Source: Bacilli bacterium
Lineage (GTDB): Bacteria; Bacillota_I; Bacilli_A; RFN20; CAG-826
Assembly: GCA_016298185.1 (NCBI GenBank)
Contig: JAEDDA010000001.1
Span: forward strand, 15,974-79,973
Reading direction: 5' to 3'
DNA length: 64,000 nt
Shown here: positions 37,493 to 47,816 of the stretch, one piece after another
How the letters are laid out: each line of letters opens with the position of its first letter
How positions within the stretch are numbered: position 1 is the first letter of the stretch
Translations under genes and position numbers: made by a program
The notes under the pieces: generated by a model
Seen by the model: only the letters and a program-made list of their open reading frames with translations
Database searches by the model: none
What the model was told of the DNA's origin: nothing

Positions 37493-38379
37493 AATTCCTT
37501 ATCTCTCCAACCTTCGATATAATGACCGTCTCTAAGCATTTTTATCTCTTGCTTATAAGGCGGTTTTTCATTGAAGTAAGGAGTTTCCAAGATTTTTGGA
37601 ATTCCATCTAATAATGGATGCCAGACCCATTTCTTAATTGTGTCGAATCCAATAAAGCCATAACCGATGTTTTCATGTCTATCTTTATGCGCGCCTCTTG
37701 GGTTTTTGCTGTCATTGATGTGAACCACTAAGAGTTTATCTAAACCAATAACTCTATCGAATTCTTTAAGAATTCCATCCACATCGTGAATATCATAACC
37801 AGCATCGCTGATATGGCATGTGTCTAAACAAACGCCAAGCCTTTCTGGATAATGGCATTGATCAATAATCGCTCTAATTTGTTCAAATGTTATGCCGATT
37901 TCAGTACCTTTACCTGCCATAGTTTCTAAGGCGATTTTGACATCACTTTTATCATTTGATAAAACGGCATCTAAACATTCCGCTAATGAGGCAATGCCTG
38001 CTTCAAATCCTTGACTAACGTGTGCTCCTGGGTGAAGAACGATTGTCTTGGCACCGAATCCTGCTGTTCTAGCAACTTCGCTAGATATTATTTTAACTGA
38101 TAAGTCGAATAAGTCTTCTCTGCTTTTGTTTGCGCCATTTATGATATATGGAGCGTGAACGATGAGTTTGCTTTCATCGATACCGGATTGTTTGATGAGT
38201 TCTCTTCCTTCCTGAATTTTTAATTCAGATAGTGGCTTTCGATAGGAATTTTGTGGTGCACCTGTATAAAACATAAAGGTATTTTCATCATAACTTAATG
38301 CTTCCTTAACGCTTCCTAAATAAAACTCTGGCGAGTTCATGGAAACGTGGCTTCCAATATATAGTTTGTAATCAGACAT
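37489..38379 (-). CDS. nfo: Endonuclease IV
   Basis: Xylose-isomerase-like TIM barrel. HAPYIIN, LETMAGKG, CLDTCH motifs. Confidence 0.85.
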   Translation of the reverse strand: MSDYKLYIGSHVSMNSPEFYLGSVKEALSYDENTFMFYTGAPQNSYRKPLSELKIQEGRELIKQSGIDESKLIVHAPYIINGANKSREDLFDLSVKIISSEVARTAGFGAKTIVLHPGAHVSQGFEAGIASLAECLDAVLSNDKSDVKIALETMAGKGTEIGITFEQIRAIIDQCHYPERLGVCLDTCHISDAGYDIHDVDGILKEFDRVIGLDKLLVVHINDSKNPRGAHKDRHENIGYGFIGFDTIKKWVWHPLLDGIPKILETPYFNEKPPYKQEIKMLRDGHYIEGWRDKEF

Positions 38380-38447
38380 ATAACTTACCTCTTTTCGTGC
38401 AAATTAACTATTAGTTATGATACCATAAATAAGGCAAAGGCATAATC

Positions 38448-39293
38448 ATGAAAATAGAAATCTTAAAACCCAAAGCTTACTGTGCGGGCGTTAGCAACGC
38501 GATTAAACTCGCATTTAAAGCTCGTGAAGAAAACCCAAATAAGAAGGTTTATGTTTTAGGGATGCTTGTTCACAACAATTTTGTTGTGGATGAACTCAAA
38601 AAGAAAGATATTCAAGTCGCCTTAGACATAAATGAAATCCCTGATGGCGAAGTTATCATCTTTACTGCGCATGGGCATAAGAAGGAATTAGATCAAATCG
38701 CTAAGGATAAGAAACTTGTTATATATGATTCTGTGTGTCCAAAAGTTTTAAGTAATATGAAACTCATAGAAAAGAATATAAAAGAAGGTCATAACGTCAT
38801 TTATATTGGACAAAAAGGACATCCTGAAGCTGAAGCGTGTTTATCACTACATAACAAAGTTATGTTATTTACTAATAATATACTAAATAAATACCAAGTA
38901 GAAAAAGACCAAAAACCTTTAGTTATTAACCAAACAACCCTTAGTATTTTAGATATTCAAGACATTCATAAGGCTATTTTAGATGCCATTCCTGGCGCTC
39001 GTATTGCAAACGAAATATGCGGGTCTACGCGCTTAAGACAAGAAGCTATTCTATCTTTAGATAATGATGTCGATCTCATTATTGTTGTGGGCGATAATAA
39101 CTCCAGTAATACAAAGAGACTTTTGGAAGTCGCTAAAGCAAGTCATCCAGAAGTCGAATCAATTATGATTAGTGATGCTAGTGCGTTAGATATGAGTGTA
39201 TGCGCAAATAAAAACCACATCGTCATCTCCAGCGGCGCTTCCACACCTGAAGATATTATTGATGCGGTTTATAATAAGATTATCAATTATTGA
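38448..39293 (+). CDS. ispH: 4-hydroxy-3-methylbut-2-enyl diphosphate reductase
   Basis: CAGV...Cys ligands (C12, C97-like, C190-like). 281 aa. Confidence 0.85.
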   Translation: MKIEILKPKAYCAGVSNAIKLAFKAREENPNKKVYVLGMLVHNNFVVDELKKKDIQVALDINEIPDGEVIIFTAHGHKKELDQIAKDKKLVIYDSVCPKVLSNMKLIEKNIKEGHNVIYIGQKGHPEAEACLSLHNKVMLFTNNILNKYQVEKDQKPLVINQTTLSILDIQDIHKAILDAIPGARIANEICGSTRLRQEAILSLDNDVDLIIVVGDNNSSNTKRLLEVAKASHPEVESIMISDASALDMSVCANKNHIVISSGASTPEDIIDAVYNKIINY

Positions 39294-40060
39294 ATTACCT
39301 CTGGTAATTTTTCGTGATCCACTGTTTTGATCTCTAAACTTGGATCTAATTCTAATAGAATTTCCTTCATGGTTGGCATGAAGATTTTTTCTATTTCGTG
39401 AGGCATGTCTAAGTAGTTATACTGTGCGTTCACAATATCCCTACGCACGTAATGAGGCGCATCGCCAGAAATATAGATGTCACAGCCTTCATCCTTCGCA
39501 ATTGGCCAGCTTCGGGATCCGCCGCCACCTATAATGCCGACTTTTTTAATGTTTTTAGCGCCGCTATTGATTAATAAGGCGTAATCCACATTAAATACTG
39601 TCTTAGCGAATTTCGCGAACTCTACGGCCTCAATTGGTGATTCAAGTTCACCGATTCTCATCATCGGATTCTTCAAAGGAGTATAAATATTACTTAAGCC
39701 TAAAGCTTTGCTTAATGCGTCGTTCATTCCACCTCGACCTGTATCAAAGTTTGTGTGGAAACTATAAACAGGAATGGCCATGCCATCAATTTGTTCTACG
39801 AGCAATCTTTTGGATTCGTCCCACTTTAACACTCGTGCACGTGTGCCAAAAATGAAAGGGTGATGTGTGATGATGACATCTGGTTTGAATTCTTTTACTA
39901 TAGGTAAAGCTTCCCAGTCTAAATCTAATAAGAGGAGAATCCTTTGAACTTTATCTGGTTTTTTACCAGTCATAAGGCCAACGCGATCATGATTGGCTTT
40001 GGCAAATCTTTTTGGAAAGTCTCTAGCGATTCTTCTTAAAATAACATTCATTTCTATCAT
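39287..40060 (-). CDS. Nif3-family dinuclear metal centre protein (YqfO-like, short form)
   Basis: ITHHPFIF and YSFHTNFD motifs. 257 aa. Confidence 0.7.
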   Translation of the reverse strand: MIEMNVILRRIARDFPKRFAKANHDRVGLMTGKKPDKVQRILLLLDLDWEALPIVKEFKPDVIITHHPFIFGTRARVLKWDESKRLLVEQIDGMAIPVYSFHTNFDTGRGGMNDALSKALGLSNIYTPLKNPMMRIGELESPIEAVEFAKFAKTVFNVDYALLINSGAKNIKKVGIIGGGGSRSWPIAKDEGCDIYISGDAPHYVRRDIVNAQYNYLDMPHEIEKIFMPTMKEILLELDPSLEIKTVDHEKLPEVIQ

Positions 40061-40719
40061 AAAACGCTTTGAATCCTTTTCTTTTCGTTGGATAATTCAT
40101 CAATTCTTCCTTTAGGAAGATTCTTGTTCTTTAATAAGTTATCAATCTCAGAGATACGGCCTTCATATTTTTCTTTAAATGTGGCACTTTTCTCTGTTCT
40201 TAAGATTGGACCAAACTCAATATCGTTCTCACCATAGAATGCCACATCAGCGCGAATGAATTTGATGATTTCATAGAAAACATCATCTTCTCTAACCATC
40301 TTTTCATCAGCAATGACAAAACCGAGTTTAGAGACTTCTTCACGCACTTTAGGGATACATGTATGCGCATCAATGATGAGCGTTTGAATCTGTTCAGTTT
40401 TCTTTGGATATTTTTTTAAAATATCGATGATAAGATTTCCGCCCATACCAGCAATAATGACATTGTGGACTGTGGCAGGTAAATCTTTGATTCCATCACT
40501 AAATAATGGAACGATATCATCAAGTAAGTCTTTCTCTCTAAGAGCTTTGACTAAACGGTTATATGGACCTTTCTTATTTTCTACTGCGTAGCCATGGCTA
40601 ATTACGCCACCTTCAAATAAGGCGATGATGAGTTTTCCATGATCAGCGCCGATATCAGCAGCGATTCCTTTAGGAACCATTTTATAAATAGTCTTTAAAC
40701 GCTCAGAAAGGTTTTCCAT
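40057..40719 (-). CDS. trmK: tRNA (adenine22-N1)-methyltransferase TrmK
   Basis: DIGADHGKL...IIAGMGG SAM-MTase motifs. Position sigA-trmK-yqfO as in Bacillus. Confidence 0.7.
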   Translation of the reverse strand: MENLSERLKTIYKMVPKGIAADIGADHGKLIIALFEGGVISHGYAVENKKGPYNRLVKALREKDLLDDIVPLFSDGIKDLPATVHNVIIAGMGGNLIIDILKKYPKKTEQIQTLIIDAHTCIPKVREEVSKLGFVIADEKMVREDDVFYEIIKFIRADVAFYGENDIEFGPILRTEKSATFKEKYEGRISEIDNLLKNKNLPKGRIDELSNEKKRIQSVL

Positions 40720-41993
40720 TATAGTTTGTCCTTATAGTCTCCAAGCTTCTTACTACGAGCAGGGTGTCTTAATTTCTTAATTGCCTTGGCTTCAATTTGT
40801 CTAATACGTTCACGTGTAACACCAAAAATCTTGCCGACTTCTTCAAGTGTCTTTGGACAGTTGTCGTCTAAACCATAACGTAAACGAATAACTCTTTCTT
40901 CACGATCTGTTAAATCTTTTAAGATTGAGTAAAGTTGTTCTTTTAATAATTGTCTTGTAGTGTACTCCACTGGTGATTCGCTTTCTTTATCTTCGATAAA
41001 ATCACCTAAGTGGGAATCATCTTCTTCACCGATTGGGGTTTCTAATGAAACTGGTTCAAGAGCGATTCTTTGGATTTCTCTAATTCTCTTAGGAGTTAAT
41101 TCACCACCCATAGCTTCAGAGATTTCTTCCGCTGTTGGTTCACGACCTAAGTCTTGGATTAATTGTCTTTGGACTCTGGTCATCTTGTTGATTGTTTCAA
41201 CCATATGGACAGGAATACGAATGGTTCTGGCTTGGTCAGCAATCGCACGTGTAATGGCTTGACGAATCCACCATGTCGCATATGTAGAGAATTTATAACC
41301 TTTTGTGTAGTCGAACTTATCGACCGCTTTCATTAAGCCAAGGTTACCTTCTTGGATTAAATCCAAAAATTGCATACCACGACCCACATAGTGTTTCGCA
41401 ATGTTAACAACTAAACGTAAGTTACAGTTGATTAATCTTTCTTTAGCTTCTTGGTCACCTGCAAGGATCTTTTTAGCTAAGATTGGTTCTTCTTCTGGTT
41501 TTAATAAGTCGTATTTTCCAATTTCTTTAAGATACATCTTAACTGAGTCATTGATTCTCACTTCAGAACCAAGTGTGACATCAAGGTGATCGATATCGAT
41601 GTCCTCTTCTTCATCTTCAGCATCATCGCTAGCAAAAAAGTCATCATCGCCATCGGCATTTTCATCAAAGGAAATCTTAGATTCGTCAAATTCTTCTTCC
41701 TTCTCGTCTTCTTCGTCTTCTTCATCTTCATCAGAAGTTAAAACTTCGATTTCGTTTTCAGCAAAGAAGGCAATAAGAGTTTCTACTGCGTCTTCATCGA
41801 GCTCGTAATTATTTAATGCATCGTATATTTCACTTTGGTTAATAAAACCATCTTTCTTGCACTTTTTTAAAAGTGCTTTTTCCACTTCTTCTAAGGTTTT
41901 GATGTTGTCATCACCTTTCTTTTTAATGGCTTTTTTTGCAACTTTTGCCTTTTTTGGTTCTTCGAGTGTTTCTGTAGCTTTCTTTCTGCCCAT
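40719..41993 (-). CDS. sigA: RNA polymerase primary sigma factor SigA (RpoD)
   Basis: Regions 2-4 conserved ([27 protein letters not shown]). True start probably ATG 41993 (MGRKKATE) with a perfect GGAGG RBS; the listed TTG 42029 would overlap dnaG by 35 nt. Confidence 0.9.
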   Translation of the reverse strand: MGRKKATETLEEPKKAKVAKKAIKKKGDDNIKTLEEVEKALLKKCKKDGFINQSEIYDALNNYELDEDAVETLIAFFAENEIEVLTSDEDEEDEEDEKEEEFDESKISFDENADGDDDFFASDDAEDEEEDIDIDHLDVTLGSEVRINDSVKMYLKEIGKYDLLKPEEEPILAKKILAGDQEAKERLINCNLRLVVNIAKHYVGRGMQFLDLIQEGNLGLMKAVDKFDYTKGYKFSTYATWWIRQAITRAIADQARTIRIPVHMVETINKMTRVQRQLIQDLGREPTAEEISEAMGGELTPKRIREIQRIALEPVSLETPIGEEDDSHLGDFIEDKESESPVEYTTRQLLKEQLYSILKDLTDREERVIRLRYGLDDNCPKTLEEVGKIFGVTRERIRQIEAKAIKKLRHPARSKKLGDYKDKL

Positions 41994-41994
41994 A

Positions 41995-43821
41995 CTATTT
42001 TCCTCCCTCTTTTTTGTTCTTTTGTTCAACTTTCTTCATCTTGCGACGATTGTATTCTGCGAGGATACGCGCTTTTTCTAATGGATCTTTTCCGCTAAGC
42101 GATAATTCTAACGTATCTTTCTCGAATATCTTTTCCTTCTCGTCATTCATAGAAGAAAGTAAGTTTTCTAATAATTCTTTAGAACATTGTGTGTTATGCA
42201 TTGGTTCTAATGACATATCCACAATTTCTCTAACAAGTGAATCTTTATTCTCTAATTCACTACTTTCTATAGAAGACATGACGTCTAACATACTGAAATT
42301 ATCATGAATTTTTGCGTAGTCGATGACGTAATTGGCAACTTCGCGATAAACATCATCATAGAAGCCACCGACATTTTCTTCGTAGAAGTAAATGGCTTCT
42401 TGATTATTCAACATTTGGTATAAAAGTTCGCGTTCTGCGAGTTCAAGCCTTCTAAGGACCTTTCTCTCTGGATGAAAATCACGAATAACGACACTTGGGT
42501 CACTATTTTGTTCTTTTGCTTCAAGTCTTGCTTTCCTGAGCAAGTCACGAATGGCTTGGACTTCAAATCCGGTTACGCCCGCTAACTTAATAAGATATGA
42601 ATCTAATTCTAATTGGCTCTTAATATCCAATAAGATTGGAATAAATTGTTTAATGAGAGCTTTCTTAGAATCTAATGTGGTTAATGGATTTGTATTTTTG
42701 AAGTAATTAAGTGCAAAGTCGATGCGGCTAATAAGATTATTAACATATCGTTTGAGCGCTTCTGGACCATCTTGATTCAAGATTTCATCAGGGTCTTTTG
42801 GACTGTTCTGGTTATCAACGATACGAACATTGATTCCGGCCTTAGCAAGTGCCTTACTGGCTTCCATCATGGCTTTTTGGCCAGGTAAATCGCCATCAAG
42901 ACAAAGTCTTACTTCAGCATTCAAGCTTCTTAACATGCCGATATGTTCTTTTGTTAAAGCAGTACCCATTAAAGCAACCGCGTTATCGATACCGATCTTT
43001 CCTAACGCAAAGACATCCATAAAGCCTTCACAGACATAAATAAATCCGTTAAGCTTTGCTTTTTCCTTAGCGATGTGGAAATTGTAAAGAACATTAGACT
43101 TATGGAATAGGTATGTTTCAGGTGAGTTCACATATTTGGCTTCTGAACCACTGCCTAATCTTCTAGCACTATAGCCAATGACATTTCCATCTGCATCACA
43201 GATTGGGAATATCACTCTACCCGCACTTTTATCGACATAATTTCCATTACTTAATACAGCAATTCCAATATCATCAATGGTCTTAAGTGAGTGACCTTTA
43301 CTTTGTAAAAAGTCACATGTTGCCTTTCCGTCTTTGAAGGAATAGCCGAGTCTATATTTGGTTCTACACGCAGCATCAAGGTTACGGCTTTCAAAATAAT
43401 CTAAACCTTCCTTACCTTCTTCGGTGTTGAGTGCGTATTGGTAATAAATAGTTAAATCATTTAAGGCTTTAAGAAGTGGAACTTTCTTTTCATCGACTGG
43501 TTTTTGTTTAACAAAACCTTCAAGTCTTGGATCAACATAACCATTTATTTCCGCAACTTTCTTAAGTGCTTCAAAGTAGCCAATCTTTTCATAACGTTGG
43601 GCGAAATTAATTTCTGTACCACCAAAACCACAGACCCAGCACTTCCAAATTCTCTTTTCCGGGTTAACAGAAAGGGATGGATTTGAGTCATCATGGAATG
43701 GACATGGAGCCCAATAGTTTCTACCTTTTTTGGTGAGACGAATGTATGAGGAAATAACCCCAACCATATCCGAATGGGCTAATACATCTCTAGTTAGTTC
43801 TTCTAACTTTGAATCAATCAT
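41995..43821 (-). CDS. dnaG: DNA primase
   Basis: [13 protein letters not shown]...CWVCGFGG zinc finger, TOPRIM, DnaB-interacting C-terminus. Stop TAG lies 1 nt before the sigA ATG. Confidence 0.9.
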   Translation of the reverse strand: MIDSKLEELTRDVLAHSDMVGVISSYIRLTKKGRNYWAPCPFHDDSNPSLSVNPEKRIWKCWVCGFGGTEINFAQRYEKIGYFEALKKVAEINGYVDPRLEGFVKQKPVDEKKVPLLKALNDLTIYYQYALNTEEGKEGLDYFESRNLDAACRTKYRLGYSFKDGKATCDFLQSKGHSLKTIDDIGIAVLSNGNYVDKSAGRVIFPICDADGNVIGYSARRLGSGSEAKYVNSPETYLFHKSNVLYNFHIAKEKAKLNGFIYVCEGFMDVFALGKIGIDNAVALMGTALTKEHIGMLRSLNAEVRLCLDGDLPGQKAMMEASKALAKAGINVRIVDNQNSPKDPDEILNQDGPEALKRYVNNLISRIDFALNYFKNTNPLTTLDSKKALIKQFIPILLDIKSQLELDSYLIKLAGVTGFEVQAIRDLLRKARLEAKEQNSDPSVVIRDFHPERKVLRRLELAERELLYQMLNNQEAIYFYEENVGGFYDDVYREVANYVIDYAKIHDNFSMLDVMSSIESSELENKDSLVREIVDMSLEPMHNTQCSKELLENLLSSMNDEKEKIFEKDTLELSLSGKDPLEKARILAEYNRRKMKKVEQKNKKEGGK

Positions 43822-43863
43822 ATAACTATGTTATACACCTACTAATAAAATACCAACAAACTA

Positions 43864-45249
43864 CTAGAAGAAAATCTTAACACTTAAGTATTTTCCGAGT
43901 TCGCTAATTGGTAATCTGACTTGTTGCATTGTGTCACGATCACGGATTGTAACAGCATTATCTTCAAGTGTATCGAAGTCCACTGTTACGCAGTATGGAG
44001 TGCCAATTGCATCTTGTCTACGATATCTCTTGCCGATGCTGCCTGTGTCGTCATAAACGACAGACATGTATTTGCAAAGAATAGCTTCGATTTCTCTGGC
44101 TTTTTCTTCGAGTTTTTTACTTAATGGTAAAACTGCTGCTTTATATGGAGCCACTGCAGGAGCTAAATGCATAACGATACGTGTATCATTATCACCCACA
44201 GGTTCTTCGTCGTATGCGTCGCATAATGTCATTAAAACCAAACGGTCTAAGCCGACTGAAGGTTCAATGCAGAATGGAACATACTTTTCATTGGTTTCTG
44301 GATCTAAATATTCTAAGGATTCACCACTATAAGACATATGTCTTTTTAAGTCATAATCGGTTCTATCGGCGATACCCCAAACTTCTCCCCAACCGAATGG
44401 GAATAAGTATTCAATATCAGTTGTGGCCTTAGAATAGAAAGCTAATTCAGCTTGTTCGTGATCACGGTAACGCAAGTTTTCTTGTTTGATACCTAAATCA
44501 GCAATGAAGTCCAAACAATGTTTCTTCCAATAATCAAACCATTTGAGGTCTTCTCCTGGTTTGCAGAAGAATTCCATTTCCATTTGGTCGAATTCACGCG
44601 TGCGGAAGGTCATTTGGCCTGGAGTAATTTCGTTTCTAAACGCACGACCAACATTACAAATACCTAAAGGCAATTTTTTTCTTGTTGTTCTTACAACGTT
44701 CTTGAAGTTAACAAACATGCCTTGTGCGGTTTCTGGTCTTAAATAAACGACCGCTTTGCTATCTTCAGTAACGCCAATGTGTGTTTTAAACATCATGTTG
44801 AACTGACGGATATCTGTGAAGTTTTCACTACCGCAGTTTGGACATTTAACATGGTTTTGATGGATAAAATCCATCATTTGTTCATTCGTCATACCATTAA
44901 CATCAGCATCTGGGAATTCCGCTTCAATTAATTGGTCTGCTCTAAATCTTTGTTTACATTTTTTACAATCAATAAGTGGATCGTTAAATGTAGAAACGTG
45001 TCCTGTGGCTTCCCAAACTTTTGGATTCATTAAAATGGCTGCGTCGATACCGACGTTCATTGGACATTCTTGAACGAATCTCTTCCACCACATTTTACGG
45101 ATGTTTTGTTTAATTTCGCTACCTAATGGGCCGTAATCCCAGGTATTGGATAAACCACCATAAATCTCGCTACCTTGGTAATAGTAGCCAGAGACGATTA
45201 AATGGTTACATACTTTATCAAATTCAAATTTACTCATAGTAACCTCCAA
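43864..45249 (-). CDS. glyQS: Glycine--tRNA ligase (dimeric alpha2 type)
   Basis: Class II motifs. 461 aa. [11 protein letters not shown] and GLDR motifs. Confidence 0.9.
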   Translation of the reverse strand: MEVTMSKFEFDKVCNHLIVSGYYYQGSEIYGGLSNTWDYGPLGSEIKQNIRKMWWKRFVQECPMNVGIDAAILMNPKVWEATGHVSTFNDPLIDCKKCKQRFRADQLIEAEFPDADVNGMTNEQMMDFIHQNHVKCPNCGSENFTDIRQFNMMFKTHIGVTEDSKAVVYLRPETAQGMFVNFKNVVRTTRKKLPLGICNVGRAFRNEITPGQMTFRTREFDQMEMEFFCKPGEDLKWFDYWKKHCLDFIADLGIKQENLRYRDHEQAELAFYSKATTDIEYLFPFGWGEVWGIADRTDYDLKRHMSYSGESLEYLDPETNEKYVPFCIEPSVGLDRLVLMTLCDAYDEEPVGDNDTRIVMHLAPAVAPYKAAVLPLSKKLEEKAREIEAILCKYMSVVYDDTGSIGKRYRRQDAIGTPYCVTVDFDTLEDNAVTIRDRDTMQQVRLPISELGKYLSVKIFF

Positions 45250-45320
45250 AAAAGCGTGCTCAAATAGTATGCTGATATTTTAGCATATTGTCAACACATT
45301 ATGAGTGTATTTTTTTCAAT

Positions 45321-46031
45321 TTATTTATTAATAAGTGCGGCACCTTTGAGGCTGACACCATATGACTCTTTTATAAATTCAAAGAATTTATTGAGAACAA
45401 CTAAAGCATTCTCTTTGCTTACTTCAAATATTGCTTTCGCCATGTCCGAAACAAGGAACGAAGAACGAATGATTAACATTTGTTCTTTTGTTAAATCTCT
45501 TTCCATATCTGGTTCTAAACAGTTCTGACAGATGAAACCACCATCATTAAATGAGAATGTGACAATGCCTTGTTTAGATCCGCAGAACACACAGTGTTTG
45601 ACTTCGAATTCGTATCCGGTTTCTTTGAAAATTTTTGCAAAATATGATAGCAATATTGCCCAAGGTGATTCAGCGGTTTTCATACATATTACCGCGGACA
45701 TTAAAGAATTAAATATTCTTTCTTTTTCATCATCTTGAACTAAAGTCTTAGTCACTTCCGCCATGAGCATTAAGCTACAAAGGTAATAATAATCGTTTGT
45801 GACTTTCATCGGATTTTCAATAATTGAAGCCGACTTTAAAACGGGATATTTGTAATTACCTTCATTAATTTCGATATCTGCGACCACTAATAGGTTGTTT
45901 AACGCGGAATTCTTATTTTTTGGATCAAGGATACCTTTCGCTAAGAAAGTCATCTCTCCTTGTTCATTTATAGCATCAATAATCGCATCTTTTTCTTTAT
46001 AGGGTGTTATTGATAAAACAACAATTTTCAT
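45321..46031 (-). CDS. recO: DNA repair protein RecO
   Basis: N-terminal OB fold. CVFCG...CQNC zinc finger. 236 aa. Confidence 0.8.
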   Translation of the reverse strand: MKIVVLSITPYKEKDAIIDAINEQGEMTFLAKGILDPKNKNSALNNLLVVADIEINEGNYKYPVLKSASIIENPMKVTNDYYYLCSLMLMAEVTKTLVQDDEKERIFNSLMSAVICMKTAESPWAILLSYFAKIFKETGYEFEVKHCVFCGSKQGIVTFSFNDGGFICQNCLEPDMERDLTKEQMLIIRSSFLVSDMAKAIFEVSKENALVVLNKFFEFIKESYGVSLKGAALINK

Positions 46032-46036
46032 TTTGT

Positions 46037-46921
46037 TTATTTTTTGTATTTATATCCGTAAGTCTCAAGAGACTTCTCATCATCTCTCCATCCTTCTTGA
46101 ACTTTGACAAATAATTCCAAGAAGACATGTTTATGCAATAAAATCTCGATATCTTTTCTTGCTTGGCTGCCGATTGCTTTGATTCTTTTACCACCCGCAC
46201 CAATGACGATACCTTTTTGGCCGTCTTTTTCCACGATTATGCTTGCGCGGATATGAACTGGATTTTTTTCCCATTCGATGTTATCCATATAAATCGCTGT
46301 AGCGTGAGGAACTTCATCGCGTAAGTTTCTTAAAATTTTTCCACGAATAATTTCTTTGATTTGGAAAATCGCATCTTTGTCAGTGATTTCTTCCGTTGAA
46401 TAATAGGCTGGACCTTCTGGTAATAATTCGATGAGTTTATTTAATAAAGTGTCGATATTAAATCTCTCTGTCGCCACTGTATCAATCATGATGGCGTTAG
46501 GAACTTTATCTAAATAAATCTTTTTTAGATTTTCCACTTTATCAAGTCTCGCTTCATCAATCTTGTTAAAAACAAGAATTAAAGGAGCGTTATTAATATC
46601 TAAGTGTTCCAAAATGTATTCATCACCTGGGCCAAAAGGAACTGAAGCATCCACCACTAAGATGTTGGCGTCAACATCGTGTGCAGCGCTATAGGCCATA
46701 TTGTTCATTTCTTGGCCGAGTCTTTCTTTTGGTTTATGAATCCCCGGAGTGTCGGTAAAAACAATTTGCACTCCTTCCGCATTATAAATGCCTTTAATCG
46801 CATTTCTTGTGGTTTGGGATTTATCAGTGACAATACTAATTTTCTTATTTAAAATGCCGTTCAACAAAGTTGATTTGCCAACATTAGGACGGCCTAAAAT
46901 AGCTACAAATCCAGATTTCAT
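46037..46921 (-). CDS. era: GTPase Era
   Basis: G1 GRPNVGKST, G3 DTPG, C-terminal KH domain. Confidence 0.9.
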   Translation of the reverse strand: MKSGFVAILGRPNVGKSTLLNGILNKKISIVTDKSQTTRNAIKGIYNAEGVQIVFTDTPGIHKPKERLGQEMNNMAYSAAHDVDANILVVDASVPFGPGDEYILEHLDINNAPLILVFNKIDEARLDKVENLKKIYLDKVPNAIMIDTVATERFNIDTLLNKLIELLPEGPAYYSTEEITDKDAIFQIKEIIRGKILRNLRDEVPHATAIYMDNIEWEKNPVHIRASIIVEKDGQKGIVIGAGGKRIKAIGSQARKDIEILLHKHVFLELFVKVQEGWRDDEKSLETYGYKYKK

Positions 46922-47355
46922 TATTTGTTTAAATCCTTTGGTGAGAAAGCGAAAGGAAGTAATTCTCTCGCACTAGTTTCTTTAACGTCGCCTTTGACAT
47001 TGCTCATATAAATAGGAGCATCTTCCATCATGAGTTCGCTGATAACTTGTCTACAAGCACCACATGGTGAGCAAGGCTCTTCTGTATCAGCACAAAGTGC
47101 TAAAGCGGCGATATCTTCTTTCTTGTATCCGTTCATGTAAGCGTGATAAATCGCATTTCTTTCAGCACACATACACATTGAGTAAGCGGAATTTTCAATA
47201 TTCGCACCAAGGAAAACTTTTCCATCTTTAGTAAGTACTGCAGCACCCACTTTAAAATTGGAATATGGTGAATAAGATAATTCACGTGCTTCTTTTGATT
47301 TTTGAATCAATTGTTCTTTTGTCATGTTAGTTCTCCTTTGGAGGTAAGATTTCAT
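46921..47355 (-). CDS. cdd: Cytidine deaminase
   Basis: CAERNAI and PCGACRQ zinc ligands. Confidence 0.85.
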   Translation of the reverse strand: MKSYLQRRTNMTKEQLIQKSKEARELSYSPYSNFKVGAAVLTKDGKVFLGANIENSAYSMCMCAERNAIYHAYMNGYKKEDIAALALCADTEEPCSPCGACRQVISELMMEDAPIYMSNVKGDVKETSARELLPFAFSPKDLNK

Positions 47356-47782
47356 CTTGTAATTTGAACATCACTACCTCATCTTCTTTTGTCATGTGGT
47401 CATAGCCTAATAAATGCAATAATCCATGGACGAATAAGAAAGATAATTCTCTTTCTAATGGATGGCCGTATTCCTTGGCTTGTTCATTAGCCTTTTCGAC
47501 ACTGATATAAATATCGCCAAGTGGAACAGGTCCATTACCATGGAGTTTAGTATCTCTTTCTTCATCGCCATCAAGGAAGGCGAATGAGATGACATCTGTC
47601 GGACGATCCACGCTGCGGTATTCCTTGTTTAATTGATGGATGAATTTGTTATCCACTAAAGTGACACTTAAAATAGCCTCACAACTTAATTTCAAGTGAT
47701 TAAAAGTTTTTTCCAATAAACCGAGATAAATATCTTCGTATTTCTCGTATCCAGAAACTTGTGAATCGAAATCTAATTCCAT
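47327..47782 (-). CDS. ybeY: rRNA maturation endoribonuclease YbeY
   Basis: HGLLHLLGYDH metal-binding motif. Confidence 0.85.
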   Translation of the reverse strand: MELDFDSQVSGYEKYEDIYLGLLEKTFNHLKLSCEAILSVTLVDNKFIHQLNKEYRSVDRPTDVISFAFLDGDEERDTKLHGNGPVPLGDIYISVEKANEQAKEYGHPLERELSFLFVHGLLHLLGYDHMTKEDEVVMFKLQDEILPPKEN

Positions 47783-47816
47783 GGGCTATTATAATAGCAC
47801 ACTAAATTATTATTTA

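Noticed and set aside
45250-45320. T-box riboswitch leader upstream of glyQS
   Set aside because: The spacer between recO and glyQS is only about 70 nt with no specifier or T-box motifs. It is too short for a T-box, so glyQS is probably co-transcribed with era-recO.
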